From NCBI GenBank assembly GCA_022821735.1, contig JAJECZ010000372.1, positions 1 to 38,173 of the forward strand: 38,173 nt of DNA, written 5' to 3'. Origin of the DNA: Alphaproteobacteria bacterium (GTDB lineage Bacteria; Pseudomonadota; Alphaproteobacteria; Bin95). Positions 8,343 to 15,959 of this stretch are shown here, piece by piece. How positions within the stretch are numbered: the stretch's first letter is position 1; each line of letters starts with the position of its first letter. The position numbers and the translations under genes are program-made. The notes below the pieces were generated by a model. It ran no database searches and was not told the DNA's origin. It saw only the letters and a list, made by a program, of their open reading frames with translations.

Positions 8343-8997
8343 CGGCGACCACCGTTTCGAGATAGGGCCGCAGAACGGACCAGATGCGGACCTGGCGGGC
8401 GTAGTCGACGATCCGCGCCGGTTTGGCCTTGCCGGACCTCACGACATTGTGGAGGCCTTCGAGCGCGACATCGAGACCGACCTGCTGCCTGAAGCGGAAG
8501 CAATCGACGACTGTCTTGGCCGGATCGAATACGGGCACGGACACGCCGTCGACGGTGTGGGCCTGCACGCCGACGGAATGGGCCCGCGGCCCGAACCGCA
8601 CGACCCTGGTCGGCGGATGCTCGATCCTGGGCTTTCGCGCTCTGGAACCTATGGCGAGCCAGACCCGGCCCGGCATCTGGAGCGTGAGTTCGTGGAACTG
8701 AAGGGCGGAGACGAGGCAGATGACTCCTTTCGGAACCAGCTTTGCAACCTGGGCGAGATCGTGCGGCGCCGTGACTTCGGCATCGGCGAGTTGGTAGAGG
8801 CCGCGAGTGACGCGGATGAGGGTCCGGTCCCTGAGCATGCGCGTGAGCGTTTCCGGATGGATCCCGGCGTTTCTGAGCTCCATGCCGCGCATGGGGCCGC
8901 AGGCCTTGAGAAGAGCGGCAGCCCGATCCTTCTGTGCTGTTGCGGATGCAGGTGTCATGTGACCGAATGTTTGTCGATAGATCGTGTTGTTCGACAT
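8332..8997 (-). CDS. abiEi: AbiEi-family antitoxin / transcriptional regulator (type IV TA).
   Basis: The C-terminal 220 aa of track ORF 8332-9093 match the family pattern (GMELRNAGIHPETLTRMLRDRTLIRVTRGLYQLA...VICLVSALQFHELT...). The stop overlaps the abiEii start by 11 nt. The start is uncertain (8997 or 8958). Confidence 0.82.
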   Translation of the reverse strand: MSNNTIYRQTFGHMTPASATAQKDRAAALLKACGPMRGMELRNAGIHPETLTRMLRDRTLIRVTRGLYQLADAEVTAPHDLAQVAKLVPKGVICLVSALQFHELTLQMPGRVWLAIGSRARKPRIEHPPTRVVRFGPRAHSVGVQAHTVDGVSVPVFDPAKTVVDCFRFRQQVGLDVALEGLHNVVRSGKAKPARIVDYARQVRIWSVLRPYLETVVADGA

Positions 8998-9209
8998 TCT
9001 GTCACATTGACGCGGGCTTGTACAGGGAATGGAGAGGCACATGGCTCGCACCGGGCCGAACCGCCAGAGTTGTGGCCGGCCGTTTGTCGTCAAGCGCTAC
9101 GCTTCGAACCTTCAGAACCCCGCTGGATCAACAGCCTGTCGCGCCGGTCGGCGTCGAAACCAGGCGCCGGACAACGCCCCGACGGGTTGTTCATTTGCAA
9201 CGACGGCGC

Positions 9210-9818
9210 TCAACAAACTCCTCCGGCTATCGCAGACAGCGCCCGGGCAGCGGCTGCATTGAGGCGCTCCAGCGGCACGCTGCCGTCCCTTATTGGCGCC
9301 AGGCCTCTCCTGCCCTGGTAGCCGTAGTCCTCCATTTCAAGATCCCAGTCGTCCTGAGACAGGAGACCGGCGGCAATGTCTTCGTCGTTCTCATTTCCGA
9401 ACCAGAGAATGAGATGCGCTTCGCTAAGGCCCAGACTGACACCGAGACCGACTATGGATTCTCCTTTCGTGTAGGCTCGGCCGAACACGCCATCCCGGAA
9501 AAGGGACACAGCGTCGAAGCCAAGGCCGTACCATGGCGCTACTTTGCTGATTGACCAAGCTTCCAGGTCCTCGCCGGTCCCGGCCTCATCGATGGCCTTT
9601 CCCCAGACCGCGTCCCAGAGGCCCTGTAGTGCCGACGCATAGTCGCAACGCACCTGATGGGCGGCGAGAACGGCCGCATGAAAGTCGGGAAGCTGCTCCC
9701 AGTCCAGCGTTTCGGGAACTTCCAGCGACTTGCTGTCGAGTATGTGGTCGACCGCCGTCCTGACGGCCGGTTCGTCGACATAGGAGGAATAGCTTTCGGG
9801 CAGGGCGAAGGACATCAT
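9210..9818 (-). CDS. Hypothetical protein, co-oriented with the upstream PD-(D/E)xK gene.
   Basis: 202 aa with strong G/C third-position bias. GGGAGA lies upstream of the ATG ATG start. No motif recognised. Confidence 0.65.
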   Translation of the reverse strand: MMSFALPESYSSYVDEPAVRTAVDHILDSKSLEVPETLDWEQLPDFHAAVLAAHQVRCDYASALQGLWDAVWGKAIDEAGTGEDLEAWSISKVAPWYGLGFDAVSLFRDGVFGRAYTKGESIVGLGVSLGLSEAHLILWFGNENDEDIAAGLLSQDDWDLEMEDYGYQGRRGLAPIRDGSVPLERLNAAAARALSAIAGGVC

Positions 9819-9863
9819 TGTCGTCTCCCAAGGATGAGGAAAAAGGATGGATGGCGCGGGCTC

Positions 9864-10778
9864 CTAGCCGGCGCGGTCCCACAGGGTGCGGCGAAACTGG
9901 CGGAACGTCTCGTCGTCATGTTGCGGTTCCAGAAACCGGTCGTAGGCGAGAAGCAGCGCGCGCCATGACTTCCAGCGCCAGTCCCTGTTCCTTGCAAGCG
10001 CCCGGTCGTCGCTTTTCCGGTAGCCCGACGATACGACGAACAGGAGCGGAGACTCCGGTTCGCCGACATGCTCGGCTCGTCTGTATTGCCTTTCGACCCT
10101 GAGCAGATGACGGCGATACGCCGGCAACTGGCCTGCAGTGACGCCATGACCGAACTTTGCCTCGATCGCTGCGGCCCGGTCGAACCCCTCCCCGTCCTGC
10201 CACTCGATGAGCAGGTCAATGCGTTGCCGCGTACCGGCTACAGGCGCTTCCGCTGTCGCCCGGGCTATTCCGAGACCACCCTCCGTTCCTTCAGGATGAC
10301 CGCCGAGCGCGGTCAGCAGGGCCCGGATCCGTCCCCCTCTCGTGACGCGGTCTTCGGAATGCAGAAAGTGGGCGATTGCCTTCGTGACCTGGGGCTCCGT
10401 CAGCCATACCCGGGTCACCCATCCAAGTGGCGCGGCGTGAAAGAAATGGTGGACATCACGGAACCCGAAGACACATGCCATCGCCTGGCGCGCCCGCCGC
10501 CAGTCGGGCAACTGCCGCGCGCGCAGCAGGCGTTCCTGGACGGCACGAAAGAGTGCGCCGGAAAGCGTTCCCGAGAACCGGCGCAACGCATCCCGCCCCG
10601 GCGGCCAGTCCGGCGGCGCGAAACCCGGTTCCCCGCGTCGCAAGGCATATGCGACGGGGCCGGCCAGCCGGTCGCCGTGCCGTTGCAGGGGGCTTGGATC
10701 GAAAGGTTCGGGAGGGCGCAACCCCAGTTGCCAATCCTCTACAGTGTTGCAGTCCAGAGTGCAGTCCTCCTGCTCCAT
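9864..10778 (-). CDS. PD-(D/E)xK nuclease-fold protein (hypothetical).
   Basis: I chose the ATG at 10778 (MEQEDCTLDC...) inside track ORF 9864-10898 because codon bias is poor upstream of it. The motif is RIDLLIEW...AAIEAKFG (D...E-x-K). Confidence 0.65.
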   Translation of the reverse strand: MEQEDCTLDCNTVEDWQLGLRPPEPFDPSPLQRHGDRLAGPVAYALRRGEPGFAPPDWPPGRDALRRFSGTLSGALFRAVQERLLRARQLPDWRRARQAMACVFGFRDVHHFFHAAPLGWVTRVWLTEPQVTKAIAHFLHSEDRVTRGGRIRALLTALGGHPEGTEGGLGIARATAEAPVAGTRQRIDLLIEWQDGEGFDRAAAIEAKFGHGVTAGQLPAYRRHLLRVERQYRRAEHVGEPESPLLFVVSSGYRKSDDRALARNRDWRWKSWRALLLAYDRFLEPQHDDETFRQFRRTLWDRAG

Positions 10779-11237
10779 CTGCCCTTCTCGCCGAGCGACG
10801 ACGACGGCGTCAAGCGCCGTCGGGTCCCCTTTTCCTGCATGCCGGTCTCCCGGTCCGTCTCTTCGCGCTCCGGGACGGCGACGGGTTCGTGGCGACACGC
10901 GTCGAGCCCGTCCGCGAGCCGGGGCCGGCGAAGCTCAGGATCCCTCTCCACGGATCCCGAGTTCCCGCCCTGCACCGCACCGGTCTCCGATGGAGCGTTG
11001 TCGTTGGCGCTCTCGCTCCGCGTTGCATAGAGACTGCCCTCGAAGCCCGAGTTGCCCGGCAGGTCGAAGATCAACGGCGAGCCGAGACACCAGCGGTGCC
11101 CGGTGTCCGTAGGGCCCGAACCCGATATCGGGCGTGCCCGTGAACGCACGGACGAACACAGGGAGCCCGTAACCGAGCTTGGCCTCGGGACGGCTCGCCG
11201 CATGGAAGCCATCCCCGCCGTGTTCGTTGCCGGCCAC
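10739..11237 (-). pseudogene. Possible frameshifted gene of unknown function.
   Basis: Coding-like third-position bias switches frames near 11106-11112. It runs from track ORF 10935-11237 (VAGNEHGGDGFHAASRPEAKLGYGLPVFVRAFTGTPDIGFGP) into track ORF 10739-11395 (TDTGHRWCLGSPLIFDLPGNSGFEGSLYATRSE...). No family recognised. Confidence 0.3.
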
Positions 11238-11344
11238 CCGATCAGCCTCTCACCCCGACAGCGCCGGGACCCCGGATCTCCGCCCCCGCTGCACCGCACG
11301 CGCAGAACAGCCGGGACTATCGGTCGTGATGATGGGACATTCTT

Positions 11345-11734
11345 GATAGTATGTGCGTATTCATTTGAAGCGATTACGTAGTTTCTGAGCGGCATTCGGG
11401 CAGGGTCGTAACCGGACGGATTCGAGAGCCGAACTCGGTGGCCTCAAGGCGGCCCCGGCTCGCGCTTCGGGCCCGCATCCGCGGCGGACTGGATGTTGGG
11501 CCTATCCGACGAGCCGAACCCGGAAGGCGAGGCGTGGCGTGAGCGCCTCTCCGGCCTGGGCGCGGCCATTTTGCGCGTCAGCACAGGCCCCGACATTTCC
11601 GCCGTGCCGCGCGAGATGGTCGACGGTGCCCGGGCGCTCACCGCGGCGTCATGGCCGCCTTCGGCAAGGACGGCCGCAGGACGTCGTCACGCCCAGCTTC
11701 ATTGCCGAAGAGGAGCCGGCCGTCGCCAGCCGGC
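11345..11734 (+). repeat. Copy 2 of the diverged ~390-bp kinase promoter/5' duplication.
   Basis: See copy 1 at 854-1244. The order of conserved blocks and the overall length are the same, with small indels. Confidence 0.7.
11493..11734 (+). pseudogene. Truncated, frameshifted 5' fragment of a paralogous GAF sensor kinase.
   Basis: Track ORF 11493-11816 starts MLGLSDEPNPEGEAWRERLSGLGAAILRVSTGPDISAVPREMVDGARALT. The intact gene has TPPDGPNPEAEALRARLSDLSAAILRIGASPDIPGVLREAVDGARALT. After that, similarity continues only in shifted frames (GVMAAFGKDG / PQDVVTPSFIAEEEPAVA) and ends near 11735. Confidence 0.7.
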
Positions 11735-11946
11735 CGAGCGTGTCCCGCCCGGACGACGAGACCCCAAACCACGCCTGCCGAATGTGCGCCATAGCCTCGT
11801 CCGTCGGCTTCTCTGACGCCAGTCCGCCCTCGCCGATATCGACGCCGTCGAGCCGGCGGCTGTGCGCGGAGCGCCGCGCCGCCGCCGACCGACATCTCCG
11901 CCTCGCGCTCGCAGATCCGGCAGACTGTGACACCGTCCCTGTCCGG

Positions 11947-12150
11947 TCAGATCCACTCGCCGGTCACGGAGAGCCGCGCCGCGCCGCTGCGGTGCTCGAC
12001 GATCCAGCCGACCGGCTCATGGTCCGTGTCCACGAGCGGACAGGCGCGGGCGTCGCCGATCCTGTCAGCCGCGGTTTCGGCCGCCGGGAGGGTCTCGAAC
12101 AGTTTCACGCGCTCAACCCGGATCTTCTGCTGCATGGGGTCTGTCTCCAT
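11947..12150 (-). CDS. Hypothetical small protein.
   Basis: 67 aa, from the ATG at 12150 within track ORF 11947-12810 (METDPMQQKIRVERVKLFETLP...SVTGEWI). G/C third-position bias is very strong. Confidence 0.55.
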   Translation of the reverse strand: METDPMQQKIRVERVKLFETLPAAETAADRIGDARACPLVDTDHEPVGWIVEHRSGAARLSVTGEWI

Positions 12151-12296
12151 ATTCTCGGTTTGGCAAAACGCCCTTGCGACAGGCCCGGCTGCCCGCAGGC
12201 AGACCTGTTCCCCGGATGGCCTGTCAACGAATGAACGAATGGCTGGCCCGCGCCCGGCACCGCCGGTGGTGCGGGGCGGCAGGCAAGGCGCGCGGG

Positions 12297-13253
12297 TCAC
12301 CCGGACTGCGGCCCGGCCGCCTCGACCCGGTCCAGCATTTCGAGGATCACGGGCTCCAGCGAGGCATCGTAGATCTCGCTGACGACCCGGAGGTAATCGG
12401 AGAATTCCTCCGGCGGCACCACGGCCCCGGGATAGTCGCGCCGGAGTTCGCCGTGCAGGCGCTTTTCGGCCACCAGCGCGGCCCGGCCCGTCTCCATTGG
12501 CACGATGCGCAGGATGCCGGCCTCCACATGGTCGGGCAGGCCCAGCTGGTGGCGCATGCGGGAGTCCGGGTCCCGGCTCATGCCGAGCTTCAGCACCGGA
12601 GAGCGGTCGGGGGCAGCGAAACGCATCAGGTAGAGCGCGCTCGGCTTGGCAGACCAGACATCGCCGCACGTCCCGCACGCGAACCGGCCGGTCTGCATGT
12701 TGACGCGCGCGATGCGCTGCGTTGCCCCGCAGCCGTCCTCGTGGACGTAGAGGCGGTAATTCGGCTCGCCGTCCGGGTCGGGTCCGACGAGCCGCCAGCC
12801 GCGGGCGCACGCCTCCTCTTCCTCACGGGCGCGGTGGCAGATCTCGCAGCGCACTCCGGTCGTGCCGTCGATGGCCCGTTTGATGAGCTCGAACTGGCGC
12901 CGGATTTCGTGGCCGCAGTCGGTCACCCGGTAGCGGCCGTAATGCGGATCGTCCGGGTCCCGGCCGAGATAGACCAGGCCGACCGACTGCGCCTCCTCCT
13001 GGCGCTTCCGGAACTGGCAGCCCTTGCAGACAGGCCGACACTTGTTGAGCGTGAAGGCGCGCGCCAGATTCAGCGTTCCACAGACCTGGCATTCGAGCGC
13101 AACGTGGTAGCGGTCGATCACGCGGGCCGCCAGGCGATAGCCTTTCTCAAGGGCTGCGCAGACCCAGGTCCCGGGCAGCGGGGCGTCATGGACCGGGTAG
13201 TCGGTATCGCCGATACGGAGCGTATCGGAAGTCAGGCGGGACATGGGTGTCAT
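12297..13253 (-). CDS. GIY-YIG-like (T5orf172-type) domain protein with three N-terminal zinc-ribbon units.
   Basis: 318 aa. CxxC pairs are CQVCG...CKGC, DCGHE...CEIC and GCG...CGTCG. The C-terminal block is SALYLMRFAAPDRSPVLKLGMSRDPDSRMRHQLG...AEKRLH. Confidence 0.78.
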   Translation of the reverse strand: MTPMSRLTSDTLRIGDTDYPVHDAPLPGTWVCAALEKGYRLAARVIDRYHVALECQVCGTLNLARAFTLNKCRPVCKGCQFRKRQEEAQSVGLVYLGRDPDDPHYGRYRVTDCGHEIRRQFELIKRAIDGTTGVRCEICHRAREEEEACARGWRLVGPDPDGEPNYRLYVHEDGCGATQRIARVNMQTGRFACGTCGDVWSAKPSALYLMRFAAPDRSPVLKLGMSRDPDSRMRHQLGLPDHVEAGILRIVPMETGRAALVAEKRLHGELRRDYPGAVVPPEEFSDYLRVVSEIYDASLEPVILEMLDRVEAAGPQSG

Positions 13254-13357
13254 CCTCCTTCGTGCGGGATCCGGCCCACCCGCGCTTGCGGCGCGCTGGG
13301 GACCTGCCCGTCATTGCTGGATGGCGGCGCGGCGCGGGTCAGCGCGGCGCCGGGGAA

Positions 13358-13636
13358 TCAGGGATGCGAAGCTGCCGTAATGGCGTCCGGCGGTCCGGAC
13401 GGGCGCGCATGGCAAGCGGCCGTGCCGGGTGTTCCGCGCGCCATGACCGCCGGAAGCGGCCAGGCGGCCCGCGCAGGGCCGCGGCGCGAGCCCCGATCGC
13501 CGGCATCGCCGCCGTCGATGCAATGCGCGAGCCCCGCAGGGAGGCCGTGCGGAAACCGCTTCGCGCCGGTCGATACGGGTGGGTCGGACAAGGTGGCAGC
13601 CGGCGCGAGCGCCGTGCTAGCGTCATCGATAGCCAT
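13358..13636 (-). CDS. Hypothetical low-complexity protein (uncertain).
   Basis: The ATG at 13636 is preceded by GGAGAG about 6 nt upstream, in frame within track ORF 13358-14089. The product is Ala/Gly/Pro-rich, so this could be a GC-artefact ORF. Confidence 0.35.
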   Translation of the reverse strand: MAIDDASTALAPAATLSDPPVSTGAKRFPHGLPAGLAHCIDGGDAGDRGSRRGPARAAWPLPAVMARGTPGTAACHARPSGPPDAITAASHP

Positions 13637-13699
13637 GTGATCTCTCCGATAGATCCTGTGGTCAGGACGGCGCAAGAAGGTCAGAGTTCTTGCGTCGTC

Positions 13700-13758
13700 C
13701 GCCTTAGTATTATATAGCTGACGATATCGATTACAATCCCTGAAGAGGAAAAATCTTC
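13700..13758 (+). promoter_or_regulatory. AT-rich putative promoter/operator upstream of the RHH gene.
   Basis: The stretch TTAGTATTATATAGCTGACGATATCGATTACAAT is unusually AT-rich for this genome. It contains the 8-bp palindrome CGATATCG at 13722-13729, and AGAGGA lies just before the TTG start. Confidence 0.35.
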
Positions 13759-13941
13759 TTGGGCAGACCGCCGAGAGACACCCAAGGCGTATTTGTTCGC
13801 CTTCCAAGGCCGATGATCGAGGCGCTGGACAGGCTGCGTGAGGAAAAGCCGGAGCAGCCCACCAGACCCGACATGATCCGGCGCATCGTCTCGGAATGGC
13901 TCGAGGAAAACGACAGGAGCGGACAAGGCCCCCGCGCCTGA
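13759..13941 (+). CDS. Ribbon-helix-helix (CopG/Arc-like) DNA-binding protein.
   Basis: 60 aa. GVFVRLPRPMIEALDRLREE fits the RHH beta-strand plus helix pattern. The start is TTG, with a Shine-Dalgarno-like sequence upstream. Confidence 0.65.
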   Translation: MGRPPRDTQGVFVRLPRPMIEALDRLREEKPEQPTRPDMIRRIVSEWLEENDRSGQGPRA

Positions 13942-14113
13942 GCAGCGCGCCGCCGGTTGTCGGCCGCGACGGCTGCGCCATCGAGTTCGGAAAGCGCTTT
14001 TCCGAAGGCCGAGGAGCCGCTCGGCGGCGGGAGCTCGACGCTCTGCCGGAGTCCGATTGCGGAAGGCCGGAAGCGGGTCCCGGTCTCATCCGGGCGGCAG
14101 CGATGACCGGGCG

Positions 14114-14145
14114 GTTGTAAACAAATTCCGGATTTCGTTTACAAC
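14114..14145. promoter_or_regulatory. AT-rich inverted repeat (candidate operator).
   Basis: GTTGTAAAC at 14114-14122 and GTTTACAAC at 14137-14145 are perfect 9-bp arms separated by 14 nt. The site is about 200 bp upstream of the AAA+ gene. Confidence 0.4.
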
Positions 14146-14151
14146 GGAAAT

Positions 14152-14173
14152 ACCGATTGTTTCGGCAATCGGT
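14152..14173. promoter_or_regulatory. Second inverted repeat (hairpin or operator).
   Basis: ACCGATTG at 14152-14159 and CAATCGGT at 14166-14173 are perfect 8-bp arms with a 6-nt spacer. Confidence 0.35.
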
Positions 14174-14339
14174 TTGGCATAGGTTCCGCGCCCGTGAAAG
14201 ACAAGGTCAGCTGATGACGGTCCGGCAGGCGAAAGCGCCCGGGAGACCGTCCGCCCCCTCCTGACGTCGTAGAATTGCTCCGGACGAGGTGTGACGGACC
14301 CCGACGGAGCGGACCCGGCGAGACAGCCGGGAACCCGTT

Positions 14340-15575
14340 ATGCGAACCCTTCTTTCCCGCTCCGGCGAGCGCGCCGGGGCCGACTCCGGGTCGCGGTCCG
14401 GGAGCCCAATTCCGTCCGGCGGCCAGGATCACGGCCACCACACCGTCCGGCTGATCGACCTCCCCCAATACGACACCGACGCCGCCCCGATCGAGAAGCG
14501 CCTGACGGCGTTCCTGCTCGGGCGGCGCAAGCAGCGCCTGCTTCGGACCTATTTCCGCGATCTGCGGGAACGGGAGCAGGAGTTCGCGCCGGCGCCTCCT
14601 TTCGAATGGGAAGACTTCAGGGATATGCGCGAGGAGGCCGGGCTGAGGCGGTACGGGCTTGCTCCGGACGGTCTGGCGCGCGCCAAGCAACGGGCGCTAG
14701 CCCTGGTGGAGCGCCGGCGCAAGGCCAATGGCCTGGACCATCTCCGGCAGGAGGAACGCGACCGGCTGAAGGGTCTTTTGGGCGAGGTGCCGGCGGCGGT
14801 GATGCCCTCCGAGCACCGGGCCGACGAGATCGCGGCCTCGCTGCACGAGGAGATGCCGTGGATGGCCCCGGCGACGGAGGCGGCCTGGCATGCGCTCCGG
14901 CGCAGCGCGCGCCTCAGCGAGCCGGTGCGGGTCGGGCCGCTGGTCCTGACCGGCCCGCCCGGCGTCGGCAAGACCGCCTGGGCCCGGCGCCTCGCCGGGC
15001 AGCTCGCCGTCGCCTCCACCGTCATCGACGCCTCGCAGGGCCTCGCCAGCTTCTCGCTGACCGGCTCGGAACGGGGCTGGGCGAGCGCCCAGCCGGGTCG
15101 CCCGCTCGGGGCCATGATCGACAACCGCATCGCCAACCCGGTCGTCATAGTCGATGAAATTTGCAAGGCCAGCGGCCTGGTGTCGTCGAGCGGGGCGTCG
15201 GCGGCCTTCCTGCCGGCCCTGCTGGGCCTCCTGGAGCCCGAGAGCGCGCAGGACTGGCACTGCCCCTACTTCAAGGTGAAGGTCGACATGCGCCACCTGA
15301 GCTGGGTCATGCTGGCCAACACGCTCAGGACGGTGCCGGAGCCGGTGCTGAGCCGCGCGCGGGTGCTGCCGATCCCGGATGTGACGCTGGAGCAGCTTCA
15401 GGGCTTCGCCCGGGTCCGGGGCAAGGCGATGGCGCTGCCGGCCCCGGCGGTCGACGCGATCGTGGAGGCGGTCGGGCAGGCCGCCGACCGGCTGCCGCGC
15501 CGCCTCTCGCTGCGCGACATCAACCGCATGCTGGAGCGGGGCCAGGAACTCGCCGCGCTCCCAATCCTGCACTGA
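14340..15575 (+). CDS. Lon-type AAA+ ATPase module without a protease domain.
   Basis: 411 aa. Walker A GPPGVGKT lies at 14952-14975 and Walker B is VVIVDEICKA. The Lon-like block is LPALLGLLEPESAQDWHCPYFKVKVDMRHLSWVMLANTLRTVPEPVLSRARVLPIP. Confidence 0.85.
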   Translation: MRTLLSRSGERAGADSGSRSGSPIPSGGQDHGHHTVRLIDLPQYDTDAAPIEKRLTAFLLGRRKQRLLRTYFRDLREREQEFAPAPPFEWEDFRDMREEAGLRRYGLAPDGLARAKQRALALVERRRKANGLDHLRQEERDRLKGLLGEVPAAVMPSEHRADEIAASLHEEMPWMAPATEAAWHALRRSARLSEPVRVGPLVLTGPPGVGKTAWARRLAGQLAVASTVIDASQGLASFSLTGSERGWASAQPGRPLGAMIDNRIANPVVIVDEICKASGLVSSSGASAAFLPALLGLLEPESAQDWHCPYFKVKVDMRHLSWVMLANTLRTVPEPVLSRARVLPIPDVTLEQLQGFARVRGKAMALPAPAVDAIVEAVGQAADRLPRRLSLRDINRMLERGQELAALPILH

Positions 15576-15601
15576 ACCCCATCCGTGAACGGAGACGGAC
15601 A

Positions 15602-15841
15602 ATGATGAAACTGCCCGACGACCTTCTCTCGCCGGAGAGGCTCCCGCTCCCCGCGTTCCTCCCAACCGCACTGGCTCTGGCCGTCGCGAGCCTCGTCCCG
15701 CTCGGCCAGCATGTGCTGTGGTGCATCGAGCACCCGGAGAGCATGCAGCATATCCTCCTGCTGGTCGCCGGGCTGGCCATCCCGCCACTCGGTTGGGCCC
15801 ACGGCATGTCGCTGCTGCCGGGTTTCGGCGGATGGCTGTAG
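15602..15841 (+). CDS. Small two-helix membrane protein (hypothetical).
   Basis: The ATG at 15602 is in frame within track ORF 15161-15841 (MMKLPDDLLSPERLPLPAFLPTALALAVASLVPL...ILLLVAGLAIPPLGW). It starts 26 nt after the AAA+ stop. Confidence 0.5.
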   Translation: MMKLPDDLLSPERLPLPAFLPTALALAVASLVPLGQHVLWCIEHPESMQHILLLVAGLAIPPLGWAHGMSLLPGFGGWL

Positions 15842-15884
15842 GCCCGGCGGCAGGGTCCCCTGCATGCTGAATGAAGAAACCGCA

Positions 15885-15959
15885 GGGCCCGTAGCTCAAT
15901 GGCAGAGCGACGGTCTTTTAAGCCGCAGGTTCCGAGTTCGAGTCCCGGCGGGCCCTCCA
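15885..15959 (+). tRNA. tRNA-Lys (anticodon UUU) with encoded CCA.
   Basis: Hand-folded cloverleaf. The acceptor GGGCCCG/CGGGCCC is perfect and the D arm is GCTC-AATGGCA-GAGC. The anticodon loop is CTTTTAA and the T loop is TTCGAGT. There are two A-C mismatches, A27-C43 and A52-C62. Confidence 0.75.

Noticed and set aside
8248-9321. 357-aa + strand ORF across the AbiEi gene.
   Set aside because: It is antisense to a recognisable AbiEi antitoxin and has no motifs.
12174-13640. 488-aa ORF antisense to the GIY-YIG/T5orf172 gene.
   Set aside because: It has no motifs and poor codon bias. The opposite strand has zinc-ribbon and GIY-YIG-like signatures.
14697-15899. 400-aa ORF antisense to the AAA+ gene.
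   Set aside because: It is low-complexity and Arg-rich, and it runs into the tRNA-Lys gene. The opposite strand has Walker A/B motifs.
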